Of a stretch of DNA of 64,000 nt, positions 30,411-40,597 are shown piece by piece. The translations under genes were made by a program, and so were the position numbers. The stretch is taken from assembly GCA_030525875.1 (NCBI GenBank), contig JAUNDV010000007.1:1766-65765 (forward strand), given 5' to 3'. The DNA comes from Eubacteriales bacterium (lineage in GTDB: Bacteria > Bacillota > Clostridia > Lachnospirales > Lachnospiraceae). How positions within the stretch are numbered: position 1 is the first letter of the stretch; each line of letters opens with the position of its first letter. A model generated the notes under the pieces. The model saw nothing but the letters and a program-made list of their open reading frames with translations, made no database searches and was not told the origin of the DNA.

Positions 30411-31475
30411 TTATTCATATCTCTTTAAAGCATTTTGTATAAGATTTTCTACAAGCTCAGCCTTGGAGATTCCTCTTACTTCCCATAGTACAGGGTACAT
30501 GGAAATTGCTGTAAATCCAGGCATGGTATTGATTTCATTAAATATAACCTCTCCGTCATCCTTAAGGAAAAAGTCAACTCTTGAAAGTCCATATCCATCT
30601 ACTGCATTAAAAATCTCTACTGCATATTTTCTGATGGTCTCAGCAGCGCCATCTGGAAGAGCTGGGTCTGTTACAGTAACTGAATCAGGATTATTGTATT
30701 TTGCATCGTAGTCATAGAACTCTGCTGCCGCGAGTATCTCACCTATTCCAGATGCCATAGGCTTTTCATTTCCACCGCCAAATACAGCACACTCAAGCTC
30801 TCTTCCTCTTATAAATTCCTCAACAAGTATCTTTGAGTCTACCTCTGCCGCCTTATAGAGTCCCTCTATAAGCTGTTCCCTGCAAAGTGCTTTTGAAACG
30901 CCACAGGAAGAGCCCGCATTTGAAGGCTTGATAAATACCGGATAAGGAAGATTTCTCTCCACCTTTGCTACTATCTCATCCAGATGCTTAAGCTCATAAC
31001 TTCTGACCCCAATAAATCTAGCCTGTCTTATGCCTAATCTGTCAACTATAATCTTTGTAAAGAACTTGTCCATAGAAACAGCTGAGCTTAAAACACCACA
31101 GCCGACATATGGTATCCCTGCAAGTTCCAGAAGTCCCTGTATAGTTCCATCCTCACCATTCTTGCCATGAAGAACCGGCCATGCAACATCTACACTTACA
31201 TCTGTAACCTCGCCATTTGGCTCTGTTATAATAACGCATTTTCTTGTAGCATCAGGACTTATCTCAGCTGTAACATCTGAATTGACCCAGCTTCCCTCCT
31301 TGATATCCTCGAGCTTCTCTGTATTAAGCCACTTTCCATCCTTTGTTATCCCTATAGGAATAATGTTCCATTTATCTCTATCAATATTTGAAATAACATT
31401 TACAGCTGACATGCATGAAACCTCATGCTCTGTAGAACGTCCTCCAAATATTACTGCTATATTCTTCTTATCCAT
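30411..31475 (-). CDS. ddl: D-alanine--D-alanine ligase
   Basis: 354 aa. N-terminus AVIFGGRSTEHEVS, an ATP-grasp core and a C-terminal EINTMPGFT motif. Confidence 0.95.
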   Translation of the reverse strand: MDKKNIAVIFGGRSTEHEVSCMSAVNVISNIDRDKWNIIPIGITKDGKWLNTEKLEDIKEGSWVNSDVTAEISPDATRKCVIITEPNGEVTDVSVDVAWPVLHGKNGEDGTIQGLLELAGIPYVGCGVLSSAVSMDKFFTKIIVDRLGIRQARFIGVRSYELKHLDEIVAKVERNLPYPVFIKPSNAGSSCGVSKALCREQLIEGLYKAAEVDSKILVEEFIRGRELECAVFGGGNEKPMASGIGEILAAAEFYDYDAKYNNPDSVTVTDPALPDGAAETIRKYAVEIFNAVDGYGLSRVDFFLKDDGEVIFNEINTMPGFTAISMYPVLWEVRGISKAELVENLIQNALKRYE

Positions 31476-31835
31476 CTTGACCTCCAGATTAATTACTATA
31501 TGCTATACTATCACACTTATCCATCTCTATAAAGGCTTAATCTAAAGTTACTTGCACTTCTTAAAATGTAACTTTAATTCAGTCTAACCCCGGTATAAAG
31601 TTCTTAAACGCTTAATACAGTCTTCTTAAGACCCATCTTCATAATTTCATAAGAATTTATTCAATCTATATTCAAACACTTTTCTGCACGCTGTGCTATA
31701 CTTTAACCATCAAAAAGAAATACACTTTATCCTTTAAATCCTACAAATAAAGTTTTACCAAAGGGCTTCCTTACGGAGGTTCTTTGTTTTGTTTATGGGA
31801 TTTTTATTTTATAAAAATGTTCACATTAAAGTAAA

Positions 31836-31878
31836 CAAAAAAACAGAGCCATTGTATTCTCAACCGCTCTGTTTTTTT
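31836..31878 (-). terminator. Rho-independent (bidirectional-looking) terminator after yajC
   Basis: Stem ACAGAGC-16 nt-GCTCTGT flanked by an A7 run and a T7 run. Confidence 0.8.
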
Positions 31879-31901
31879 ATTTAATAATTTAATTATCTAA
31901 A

Positions 31902-32204
31902 TTACTTCTCTGACACTCCGTTAACTGTAGCCTGTGGCTTCTCAAGTCTTGATACAGCTGACTTAAGCATAGGAATACGGCAGTTCTTGTTTCCAAACTC
32001 TACGATAACCATGTCATTTGTGATATCGATGATCTGTCCGTAGAATCCGCTTGATGTAACGCAGTAATCACCTATAGCCATGCTATTTATCATTTCCTGG
32101 TGCTTCTTCTGCTCTTTCTTCTGTGGTCTGATACCGATGAAGTAGAAAATTCCAAAGATAAATGCAAAATAAACAACCATAGTAAGTATTGATGCTAAAT
32201 TCAT
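31902..32204 (-). CDS. yajC: Preprotein translocase subunit YajC
   Basis: 100 aa. Single N-terminal TM helix, RPQKK motif and GDxVxTxxGxxGxI block. Lies downstream of tgt, as in many bacteria. Confidence 0.9.
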   Translation of the reverse strand: MNLASILTMVVYFAFIFGIFYFIGIRPQKKEQKKHQEMINSMAIGDYCVTSSGFYGQIIDITNDMVIVEFGNKNCRIPMLKSAVSRLEKPQATVNGVSEK

Positions 32205-32231
32205 AAGTAATAAAACCCTCCAAAATAATAA

Positions 32232-33362
32232 TTATGTTCTTGTCATTGACTCAGTCATCTCACGACGATAGTCTTCGAATCTGCCTTCTCTTATCGCTGT
32301 CCTGATGTCCTCCATCATTTTATTATAAAAATACAAATTATGCAAGGTACAAAGTCTCAGGCCCAGCATTTCATTGGCCTTAAGCAAATGTCTTATATAG
32401 GCTCTTGAATAACTTCTGCATGCAGGGCAGTTACAGCCCTCTTCTATAGGCTTACTGTCAAGCTCATATTTTTTATTGTACAGATTCAGCTTTCCAAACT
32501 TTGTATATACATGTCCATGTCTTCCATTCCGGCTAGGATATACGCAGTCGAAGAAGTCTACACCTCTTGCAACACCTTCTATAATATTGAGAGGTGTACC
32601 TACACCCATCAGGTATGTAGGCTTATTTCTAGGAAGATGAGGAACGACCTCATCAAGTACAGAATACATTTCCTCATGGCTTTCGCCTACTGCAAGTCCG
32701 CCTACTGCATATCCATCAAGATCAAGCTCGGAGATTTCATCTGCATGGGCAACTCTTACATCATGGAGTATTCCTCCCTGATTTATACCAAATAACAGCT
32801 GTTCCTTGTTTATAGTGTCCTCAAGTGAATTGAGCCTCTGCATTTCCGCCTTGCAGCGCTTAAGCCATCTGGTTGTTCTTGCAACTGAGTTCTCTATATA
32901 TTTTCTTTCTGCCAGAGCTGGTGGACACTCGTCAAAGGCCATTGCTATAGTCGATCCAAGATTTGACTGGATCTGCATGCTCTCTTCCGGTCCCATAAAT
33001 ATCTTGTGTCCATCTATATGAGAATTAAAGTAAACTCCCTCTTCTTTTATCTTTCTTAATGAAGTAAGGGAAAATACCTGAAATCCGCCTGAATCTGTAA
33101 GAATAGGTCTGTCCCAGTTCATAAACTTGTGGAGACCGCCAAATTCTTTAATAAGCTTGTCTCCTGTTCTTACATGAAGATGATATGTATTTGAGAGCTC
33201 TATCTGACAGCCGATATCCTTAAGATCATTGGTCGATACCGCTCCCTTTATAGCTCCTACTGTACCAACATTCATAAATACAGGTGTTTCTACAGTTCCA
33301 TGTACAGTTTCAACATGAGCTGACTTTGCCCTGCCTTCTTCAGCAACTATCTTATATTCCAT
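32232..33362 (-). CDS. tgt: Queuine tRNA-ribosyltransferase (tRNA-guanine transglycosylase)
   Basis: 376 aa. Has TDSGGFQ and LMGVGTP motifs and the zinc site CNCPACRSYSRAYIRHL. Confidence 0.97.
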   Translation of the reverse strand: MEYKIVAEEGRAKSAHVETVHGTVETPVFMNVGTVGAIKGAVSTNDLKDIGCQIELSNTYHLHVRTGDKLIKEFGGLHKFMNWDRPILTDSGGFQVFSLTSLRKIKEEGVYFNSHIDGHKIFMGPEESMQIQSNLGSTIAMAFDECPPALAERKYIENSVARTTRWLKRCKAEMQRLNSLEDTINKEQLLFGINQGGILHDVRVAHADEISELDLDGYAVGGLAVGESHEEMYSVLDEVVPHLPRNKPTYLMGVGTPLNIIEGVARGVDFFDCVYPSRNGRHGHVYTKFGKLNLYNKKYELDSKPIEEGCNCPACRSYSRAYIRHLLKANEMLGLRLCTLHNLYFYNKMMEDIRTAIREGRFEDYRREMTESMTRT

Positions 33363-33383
33363 TTTCTTGTCTCACCTCCTTTT

Positions 33384-33421
33384 AAAAAATACTGAGCCAT
33401 GTAGCTTACTACACGGCTCAG
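33384..33421 (-). terminator. Rho-independent terminator after secDF
   Basis: Minus strand reads CTGAGCCGTGTAG-loop-CTACATGGCTCAG followed by TATTTTTT. Confidence 0.75.
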
Positions 33422-33499
33422 AAATTATCCATCACAGGTAAAAGCTTATTTTATATCATTTACCTATTAATGTAGTTTTGCATCTTTGTCACTCAAAGC

Positions 33500-35743
33500 T
33501 TACTTTACATCCTTGTCCTTTGATGCTTTCTTAGCTGTCTTTGAACTGTTATGAGCCTTCTTGTCTTCAATAGCCTTGGCAGCCTTCTTTGCCTCTCTTC
33601 TCTTTGTAAGATCATACCAGAGTGGACCTGTAATACATACAGATGAATATGCTCCGGCAACGATTCCTACCATAAGAGGAAGCGCAAACTCTCTGATTGA
33701 TGAAACGCCTAAAGCAAACAGGCAAAGCACCATTACGAAGGTTGTAAGTGAAGTGTTGATACTTCTTGTGAGAGTCTCTGTAATAGAGCGGTTAACCAGC
33801 TCCTTAAGATCTCTGTTTCCATAAATCTTTATGTTTTCACGGATACGGTCAAATATAACGATTGTAGCATTTATAGAATATCCAACTATTGTAAGCATAC
33901 ATGCTATAAAGGTTGAACCTACTGACCACTTGAGTATTGCATAGAATGCAACTACTACCATAACGTCATGACACAGAGCCGCAACCGCTGAGGATGCAAA
34001 CAGTATATTCTTAAATCTTATCCAGATGTAGAGAAGCATAAGGATAGTAGCCATAATTACAGCCATAAGAGCATCCTTCTTCATCTCAAGTGAAACTGCA
34101 CCTGAAATATTTTCAGCTGTTATCTTCTCTTCATCTACCCCAAAGCTTTCTGCAAGAGCCTTGTTAAGCTTTTCTCTTCCATCAGCATCAAGAGATTTTG
34201 TCTTGATAATAACCTCTGTTGTACCAGCTACCTTCTGTGTCTGAGGAGACTGGTCTCCTGTAGCCTCAACTACAACAGGAATTACCTTTGATGAAATATC
34301 CTCAAGAGACATGTCCTCATTAAAGGTTACATTTGTAGAGGTTCCTCCCTTGAAATCAAGTCCATAGTTGAACATATCTCCAAACTTAGCCTTGTTCATA
34401 CCCATAAATGCAAGTCCGGCTGCAATTACAAGACCTGAAATTGCATAGCAGAACTTACGCTTTGAAACAAAGTCAATTGACTTCTCAACCGGCTTCTTGG
34501 TTCCGTACATTGATGCCTTATTAAAGCCAAGTCCATATAAAGCATTGAGGAGCCATCTTGTAACAAACAATGCTGTTACCATTGAAAGAATGATACCAAT
34601 AGCAAGTGTCTGGGCAAAGCCTCTTACTGTTCCTGAACCTCTTAAGTAAAGAACAGCTGCTGCTATAATAGTTGTAACATTTCCATCAACGATAGCTGAA
34701 AGCGCCTTGTTAAAACCTGACTGTATTGCCAGCTTAACGCTCTTGCCTGTACCAAGCTCTTCCTTGATACGTGTAAAGATAATAACATTGGCATCTACTG
34801 CCATACCTATTGAAAGGATGATACCTGCAATACCAGGAAGTGTAAGTGTAACCTCAAATGCATCAAGAAGTATAAGGATAAGTCCTACATACATGCTAAG
34901 AGCAATAGAAGCAGCTACACCTGCAACACGATATACAAGAATCATGAAAATGACTACGATAGCAAAGCCAATTAATCCAGCCTTGATAGATGTATTGATA
35001 GCCTGCTCACCAAGCTTAGCTCCAACAACATTTGATCTAAGCTCCTTAAGTTCAAGCTTAAGTGCTCCAAGACGAATGGTCTGGGCAAGGTTGTCTGCCT
35101 CATCAATAGTAAAATCACCTGTAATTGAGCAATTTCCTCCGGTAATAGCCTGCTGGACAACTGGTGCAGATATAACCTCACCGTCATAGATGATAGCAAT
35201 AGGCTTTCCTACATTTGCCTCTGTAACCTCCGCAAAGGTCTTTGCACCCTCGTCATTAAATACGATGCCTACCTCGTATACATCTACAGCACTTCCCTGG
35301 GATTCAGACTTAGCAACTCCTGCTGACTTTATATCAGCTCCTGTAAGAACAGGATCTCCAAAGCCTACAAGTTCTCCATTTTCATCATATACAGGAGGAC
35401 AGAACATAAGTGATCCAGGCTTACCAAGCTGTGCAAGGATCTCATTGGCATCTGAAACACCCGGAATATCGATATTGATTCTGTTTGAACCTTCCTGATA
35501 TACCTCTGCCTCATTTGAATAAGTCTCAGCTCTCTTCTGAAGCTTGTAAACAGTATCCCTCATATCCTGCTCGTCAGGATTCTCCTCCACTGCCTGATAT
35601 GTAATGCTTACTCCACCGTCAAGGTCAAGTCCGAGCTTGATATTTGGCATATTTTTGTATCCCATTATACCAAACATAACGGTAGCGGCAACTACAAGGA
35701 GGAGTATCAGCAGTGATTTGCCTTTACTTTCTTCTTTCATACT
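33500..35743 (-). CDS. secDF: Protein translocase subunit SecDF (fused)
   Basis: About 747 aa with 12 TM segments, a SecD periplasmic domain and a SecF half. I chose the start at MKEESKGKSL (AAAGGAG precedes the ATG). The track ORF extends 18 codons further. Confidence 0.93.
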   Translation of the reverse strand, partial: SMKEESKGKSLLILLLVVAATVMFGIMGYKNMPNIKLGLDLDGGVSITYQAVEENPDEQDMRDTVYKLQKRAETYSNEAEVYQEGSNRINIDIPGVSDANEILAQLGKPGSLMFCPPVYDENGELVGFGDPVLTGADIKSAGVAKSESQGSAVDVYEVGIVFNDEGAKTFAEVTEANVGKPIAIIYDGEVISAPVVQQAITGGNCSITGDFTIDEADNLAQTIRLGALKLELKELRSNVVGAKLGEQAINTSIKAGLIGFAIVVIFMILVYRVAGVAASIALSMYVGLILILLDAFEVTLTLPGIAGIILSIGMAVDANVIIFTRIKEELGTGKSVKLAIQSGFNKALSAIVDGNVTTIIAAAVLYLRGSGTVRGFAQTLAIGIILSMVTALFVTRWLLNALYGLGFNKASMYGTKKPVEKSIDFVSKRKFCYAISGLVIAAGLAFMGMNKAKFGDMFNYGLDFKGGTSTNVTFNEDMSLEDISSKVIPVVVEATGDQSPQTQKVAGTTEVIIKTKSLDADGREKLNKALAESFGVDEEKITAENISGAVSLEMKKDALMAVIMATILMLLYIWIRFKNILFASSAVAALCHDVMVVVAFYAILKWSVGSTFIACMLTIVGYSINATIVIFDRIRENIKIYGNRDLKELVNRSITETLTRSINTSLTTFVMVLCLFALGVSSIREFALPLMVGIVAGAYSSVCITGPLWYDLTKRREAKKAAKAIEDKKAHNSSKTAKKASKDKDVK

Positions 35744-35856
35744 TATAACTCCTTTAAATACATAATAAGCGAAACTGTTAAAATAACAGTTCCGCATACC
35801 ATGAAATATTAATTTAACTTTTCAATAATAACATAAACACTATGATAATTCAATGT

Positions 35857-36762
35857 TTATGCATCTCCTATTCCAAGAAGAATAATTCCTATAACAGCTA
35901 TTCCTATAGCAAAATACTGCTTTCTTGTAAGCTTTTCCTTTAAGAAGATTCTGCTCCATACCATTGAAAGTACACAGTAGGCAGAAATAAGTGGTGCTGC
36001 AAGGATTGCATTTGCAGATATAGCATAAATATATGAAAACTGTCCTGCTGTTTCTGAAATAGCAGCAATGAACTTTGGAGCTTCAAGCTTTCTGAAGTTT
36101 AATGAGCCATTCCACAGCTTTTCCTTTTTGATCATTGTAATGTAAATGATTGCAAAAACTGCCATTGCAAGGAAGGTAAACTCATAAGCTACATTTGCAG
36201 AACCTTCATCAATATGACCATCTAAAATTACCGCATCTGCAAAAGTTCCAAGTCCATCGATCAGGCAATAAAGAAGTGGGAAGATGATAGCCTTTGCTGA
36301 TCTTACATATTTTGGATCAGAGGCTTTACGCTCCTTCTCTAACTGAACATCAACTCCCTGAAGGAAAATGATTCCTAAAGTTATAAGAACAACTGCAACC
36401 ATCTGGTAGCCAAGCATTGACTGTCCTAAAAATATTGCACATAAAACGGCTGCTACTGCTCCTGAAGAATTACATACAGGTGATGAAATAGAAAGCTCTA
36501 TATATCTAAGTCCGGCATATCCCAAGATCATTGAGAGTATATAGCAAAATGATGCTGGAAGATATACTATAAAGTCTCTTAAAGTAACACTTACTCCACC
36601 GAAGATAACCATGTAGGCTGCATGCAGTCCCATTACGATACCTACGGCTATTACCATTTTCCAATGGCTGTATTTGTCCTCTGCTGGTGAACCTAATTTT
36701 GAAAAGAAATCAGATCCTGACCAGAAGAATACTGTTATCATTGATAAAATAAACCAAGTCAT
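35857..36762 (-). CDS. EamA/DMT-superfamily transporter
   Basis: 301 aa with about 10 TM segments arranged as two EamA-like halves. Confidence 0.7.
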   Translation of the reverse strand: MTWFILSMITVFFWSGSDFFSKLGSPAEDKYSHWKMVIAVGIVMGLHAAYMVIFGGVSVTLRDFIVYLPASFCYILSMILGYAGLRYIELSISSPVCNSSGAVAAVLCAIFLGQSMLGYQMVAVVLITLGIIFLQGVDVQLEKERKASDPKYVRSAKAIIFPLLYCLIDGLGTFADAVILDGHIDEGSANVAYEFTFLAMAVFAIIYITMIKKEKLWNGSLNFRKLEAPKFIAAISETAGQFSYIYAISANAILAAPLISAYCVLSMVWSRIFLKEKLTRKQYFAIGIAVIGIILLGIGDA

Positions 36763-36834
36763 ACTTTTCCCCTTTTCTTAATATATATTTTTTCACACAC
36801 GGTTTCATATTATAAGAGGAAAATATTTAAAGAG

Positions 36835-37392
36835 TCAAGTTTTATTTTTTTTGAACATTTTGGTAATATAGGAAAATGCTGCCAAAATTCCACCAAAAAA
36901 TATGGCAATATCTCCTATATTGACAATTATCTTATTAAGTGGTTTCTTATTAAAATTTATATAATCTATAACATAGCCTGTCTTGTACCTGTCGAAAAGA
37001 TTGGAAAGTCCACCTCCAAGTATGAGGCTAAGTCCGGCTACCATCACAGCATTTCCTTTTTTGACAATTTCTGATATCAGGCTTGCTGCTATGGCAAGGC
37101 AGGTAGAAAGCTGAGTAAGCTTTATAAATTCAGGATACTTACTCATTTTTCCAAGGGCAAAGCCATCATTGTGGAATTTCTCATAATTTCCGCTATTCTT
37201 AAGCGGACCAGGAAGTGGCTTTGGAAACTCCTCGTCCGGCTCAGATTCAATGCTCTCCTTAAATAGCCTGTCCATAGCAAATACAGAAAAAGCCAGGGCT
37301 GCGGCATATTTTAATTTTGTGAAAATCCGCACCTCTTCCCTGTATTCTTCCCATAGTGCCTCATCATAAATATCCTTATTCCATGCCATCAT
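36835..37392 (-). CDS. lspA: Signal peptidase II (LspA)-like protein with an N-terminal extension and an enlarged loop
   Basis: 185 aa. LspA-type blocks: AMDRLFK (DxxxK), HNDGFALG (NxGxAFG), GGGLSNLFDRYKTGYVIDYINF (GN..DR..G.V.DF) and VNIGDIAIFFG (FN.AD). Both catalytic Asp positions are present. The start overlaps the upstream stop (ATGA). Confidence 0.7.
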   Translation of the reverse strand: MMAWNKDIYDEALWEEYREEVRIFTKLKYAAALAFSVFAMDRLFKESIESEPDEEFPKPLPGPLKNSGNYEKFHNDGFALGKMSKYPEFIKLTQLSTCLAIAASLISEIVKKGNAVMVAGLSLILGGGLSNLFDRYKTGYVIDYINFNKKPLNKIIVNIGDIAIFFGGILAAFSYITKMFKKNKT

Positions 37393-38111
37393 CTCTCCTC
37401 CTTAAGATAAACTACAGCAAAAATGCTCTGATCCTCTGATGCAAGAGCAACTACAACATACCCCTCCTCATTTTTATTTACATAGCAGTAAATATCATCA
37501 TTAAGTACAGCTGCTTTTCTGTATTCTACCTTTATTTCGACAGGATGTTCTATCATAGCAGCATCCGCGGCCATTTCTACATAGCGTGCATTATTGACAT
37601 GATTATTTGAATCCAGAAAATGCTTTGTTACCTTTATTTTATTCTTAAGTTCCCCAAGCTCTGATATCTTAAGTTTTCTTTCAAAAGGTTCAAGATTAAG
37701 CTCTGGTCCTTTATTTTCCAGTAAATAAAGCTCTGTTTCACTTTTATCTGGTCTTGCAGGAAGCTGTTTTTCATTGTCCCATAGAAACCACAGTGAATCA
37801 GCTCTTATAATAGGCACTCCTTTGCTGTCTGCTATGTAAAAATATCTAAGTCCATAAATGCCCTTGAACTGATAAGCGTAGGTACCTATCTCTATTTCTT
37901 CAGCAAACTCAGGATAGCGGTCAAATTTTATATGCCAGCCATTTAGAAGCCAGGCCTTATTTTGCTCTCTTAGATGCTTAGTTCCAAGTCCAAGCTTCTC
38001 CGACTGGAAGCTCGAACAGTCCTGAAGATAATTTATTGCAGAAAGTATGCTCATTTTCTCGTCACTTCCGCATTCTGAATATCTTAATCTTGTTTTATAT
38101 GAAAATGCCAT
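37389..38111 (-). CDS. Acyl-ACP thioesterase
   Basis: 240 aa with a double hot-dog pattern typical of the bacterial FatA/FatB-like family (YSECGSDEKMSILSAINYLQD..., NNHVNNARY). Confidence 0.8.
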   Translation of the reverse strand: MAFSYKTRLRYSECGSDEKMSILSAINYLQDCSSFQSEKLGLGTKHLREQNKAWLLNGWHIKFDRYPEFAEEIEIGTYAYQFKGIYGLRYFYIADSKGVPIIRADSLWFLWDNEKQLPARPDKSETELYLLENKGPELNLEPFERKLKISELGELKNKIKVTKHFLDSNNHVNNARYVEMAADAAMIEHPVEIKVEYRKAAVLNDDIYCYVNKNEEGYVVVALASEDQSIFAVVYLKEER

Positions 38112-38213
38112 TATCCAGATCTCCCTTGATTATTATCTTATAATTATATTCATTTTATAAAATAAATAAAAGTAAAAATATTTAAGAAATATTCCCAGAC
38201 CACCAGGCTTATA

Positions 38214-38251
38214 CAAAAATAAGATGCCACAAATGCAGCATCTTATTTTTT
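38214..38251 (-). terminator. Rho-independent (bidirectional-looking) terminator
   Basis: Stem AAGATGC-10 nt-GCATCTT flanked by A and T runs. Confidence 0.75.
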
Positions 38252-38338
38252 ATCCTTTTTTATCCTTTAATCCCTGTCAAATCAATAAGTTTATAACATC
38301 CTGTTTCAAATTATATACTCTGATTCTTGTGGTAGAAA

Positions 38339-39298
38339 TTATCTAACCTTTGCAATTGTATTGAGAGCTGAAAGGAAATCCTGCTCATATCCATTCTGCT
38401 TAACAGTAATAACCTGAGCATATGAAGTTCCTTCAACTGGTCTGATATATGTGTGATCATATAACTCAAACTGTGGATGAGGAGCCTTCTTTGTTATCTG
38501 CTTAAATGTATATGCACCAAGCTGGATATCAGCATCAATCTTTCCACCAGTCATACCCTCTCTCTTGTCAGCAAGGTATGAAGCTGCAAATGCATTAACA
38601 TCTGTATTTCCTGCCTTGTAATATGAAAGTGGCACATATCTGATTGTAAGCTCTGAACCACCATCAGTTACATAAAGGTCAATTCCATCCTCAGCTGTTC
38701 CCTTTGTAACAGGTCTTGCAATACTTCCAAAGTTGATTGAATAGTTAGCCCAGTTATTTGTAGCTACATATCCGTTGACATCTGAAATAGCATATCCAAG
38801 TGCATCAGCCTGTGCGCTTGCTGGATTATCTCCCTGTCCCTTTGAAACTACTTTATTTGGCTTTGTTGCATTAGTCTGTCCCTGTGCAGGAGCCTGCTCC
38901 TCAGTCTTTGGTCTGAGTGCTGAAATAAAGGTTGAGCTGTGCTCATAATAATCCTTCTCACCCTCAGCAGCTTCTACGACCTGGCCATTCTCAACCCAAC
39001 GTCCGTCAGCATCTACTGTTGCACCATCTATTACTGTATTCTTAACTACCCATCCGTTTGCATCGAAGTAGTAGCATCTGATCTTTCCATCATTGTCCTT
39101 TACCCAGTGCCAGGTATTTGCAATGCACTTCTTTCCATCAGGATCAACTGTGAACCAGTAATCTCCTGCATGCTCGCCTGACTCTGACTTAAGCCACTGT
39201 CCCTGTCCAAGGCTCTGTGCATTTGCTACCATTGCACCACCTAAAACTAAAGCGCCTGTTAAAACTGAAAGTGAAACTCTTCTTAAACTCTTTTTCAT
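38339..39298 (-). CDS. Secreted protein with N-terminal cell-wall-binding-type repeats and an unknown C-terminal domain
   Basis: 319 aa. Signal peptide MKKSLRRVSLSVLTGALVLGGAMVANA. Repeats resemble DYWFTVDPDGK, WHWVKDNDGKIRCYYFDANGWVVKN and DADGRWVENG. Confidence 0.65.
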   Translation of the reverse strand: MKKSLRRVSLSVLTGALVLGGAMVANAQSLGQGQWLKSESGEHAGDYWFTVDPDGKKCIANTWHWVKDNDGKIRCYYFDANGWVVKNTVIDGATVDADGRWVENGQVVEAAEGEKDYYEHSSTFISALRPKTEEQAPAQGQTNATKPNKVVSKGQGDNPASAQADALGYAISDVNGYVATNNWANYSINFGSIARPVTKGTAEDGIDLYVTDGGSELTIRYVPLSYYKAGNTDVNAFAASYLADKREGMTGGKIDADIQLGAYTFKQITKKAPHPQFELYDHTYIRPVEGTSYAQVITVKQNGYEQDFLSALNTIAKVR

Positions 39299-39455
39299 AA
39301 TTTATATCTCCTTTGAGTATGAACCCCTAAATTGATTTCTTTTTTGATATTACAGACTATACCATATTCTGTTCAAAAGTTCTTGAATATTCTCTTACAC
39401 AAATTTGAATAATTTTTTTAAAAATTAAGAAACTTCGTAATTATTTTTACGTTTA

Positions 39456-40595
39456 TCAACCAAAAAGGATAATATCGCATATTTTATCAACATCCTTAAG
39501 TGAAAGCTCAGGATAAATAGGAAGCGTGAGTACATTTTCAGAAAGTTCTTTTGCTACAGAAGTACCATGCGGATCCAGTATGCCTTCATAACATTTATAA
39601 TTATTCACGCATGGATAAAAATACTTTCTTGCATATATGTTATTTTTAGCAAGTCTCTCATATATCTCATCTCTGTTATAGCTATTCTTTTCAAATACGA
39701 CCGGCATATATGAATAATTATACCTGATATTACCGGCCTTCTTAAGAAAACGTATTCCCTTTATATCCGATAATCTCTCCACGTAACGCTCATATATGGC
39801 TTTTCTTGAAGAAATCCATGAATCCACATATTTAAGATTACATATGCCCATTGCAGCAGCAAATTCATTCATCTTTCCATTGCCACCTATATAATCAACG
39901 CTTTCCTTGCCTGTTATTCCAAAATTCTTTATCTGGTAAAGCCGGTCACTCAGGAAAGGATATTTGTCAGGATTAAAACTTACCGCTCCCCCTTCTATAG
40001 AATTAAACACCTTTGTGGCATGAAAGCTAAACATGGATGCATCTCCAAGCTGGGCTACTGAAGTTCTGCTGCCATCCGGATTTTCTATGAACTCTCCAAA
40101 GGCATGTGCAGCATCATATATAAGCTTAAGTCCATGTTTTTTTGCAATGGCTTCAAGCTTCTCATTGTCGCATATATTTCCATATACATGTACAGGAACT
40201 ATGGCGCAGGTATTTTCTGTTATCAAATCTTCAACAAGCTCAGGATCAAGTGTTCCATCCTCTTTTCTTATATCACACATGACCGGCTTCAAGTCATTTC
40301 TATATATGGCGTGTGTAGTAGAAGCAAAGGTAAATGGCGTTGTTATAACCTCTCCTTTAAGCTCAAAGGACTGTAGCAGCATTTCCAGAGCCATATGTCC
40401 ATTTACAAAAAGCTCCATCCCCTTTGTATCCAGATAAAGCTTTAGCTTATCCCTGAACTCTTCATGGAGACAGCCCATATTTGTAAGAAAATGTGAATCC
40501 CACAAACCTCTTATAAGCTGCTCATATTCTTCATAAGGCGGCATTGAAGCTCTGGTAACCATTATCCTTTCATTTTTCATTTCCGAATTATCCAT
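39456..40595 (-). CDS. DegT/DnrJ/EryC1/StrS-family sugar aminotransferase
   Basis: 379 aa. PLP-lysine region SFHATKVFNSIEGG and a family-wide profile. Confidence 0.88.
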   Translation of the reverse strand: MDNSEMKNERIMVTRASMPPYEEYEQLIRGLWDSHFLTNMGCLHEEFRDKLKLYLDTKGMELFVNGHMALEMLLQSFELKGEVITTPFTFASTTHAIYRNDLKPVMCDIRKEDGTLDPELVEDLITENTCAIVPVHVYGNICDNEKLEAIAKKHGLKLIYDAAHAFGEFIENPDGSRTSVAQLGDASMFSFHATKVFNSIEGGAVSFNPDKYPFLSDRLYQIKNFGITGKESVDYIGGNGKMNEFAAAMGICNLKYVDSWISSRKAIYERYVERLSDIKGIRFLKKAGNIRYNYSYMPVVFEKNSYNRDEIYERLAKNNIYARKYFYPCVNNYKCYEGILDPHGTSVAKELSENVLTLPIYPELSLKDVDKICDIILFG

Positions 40596-40597
40596 TA

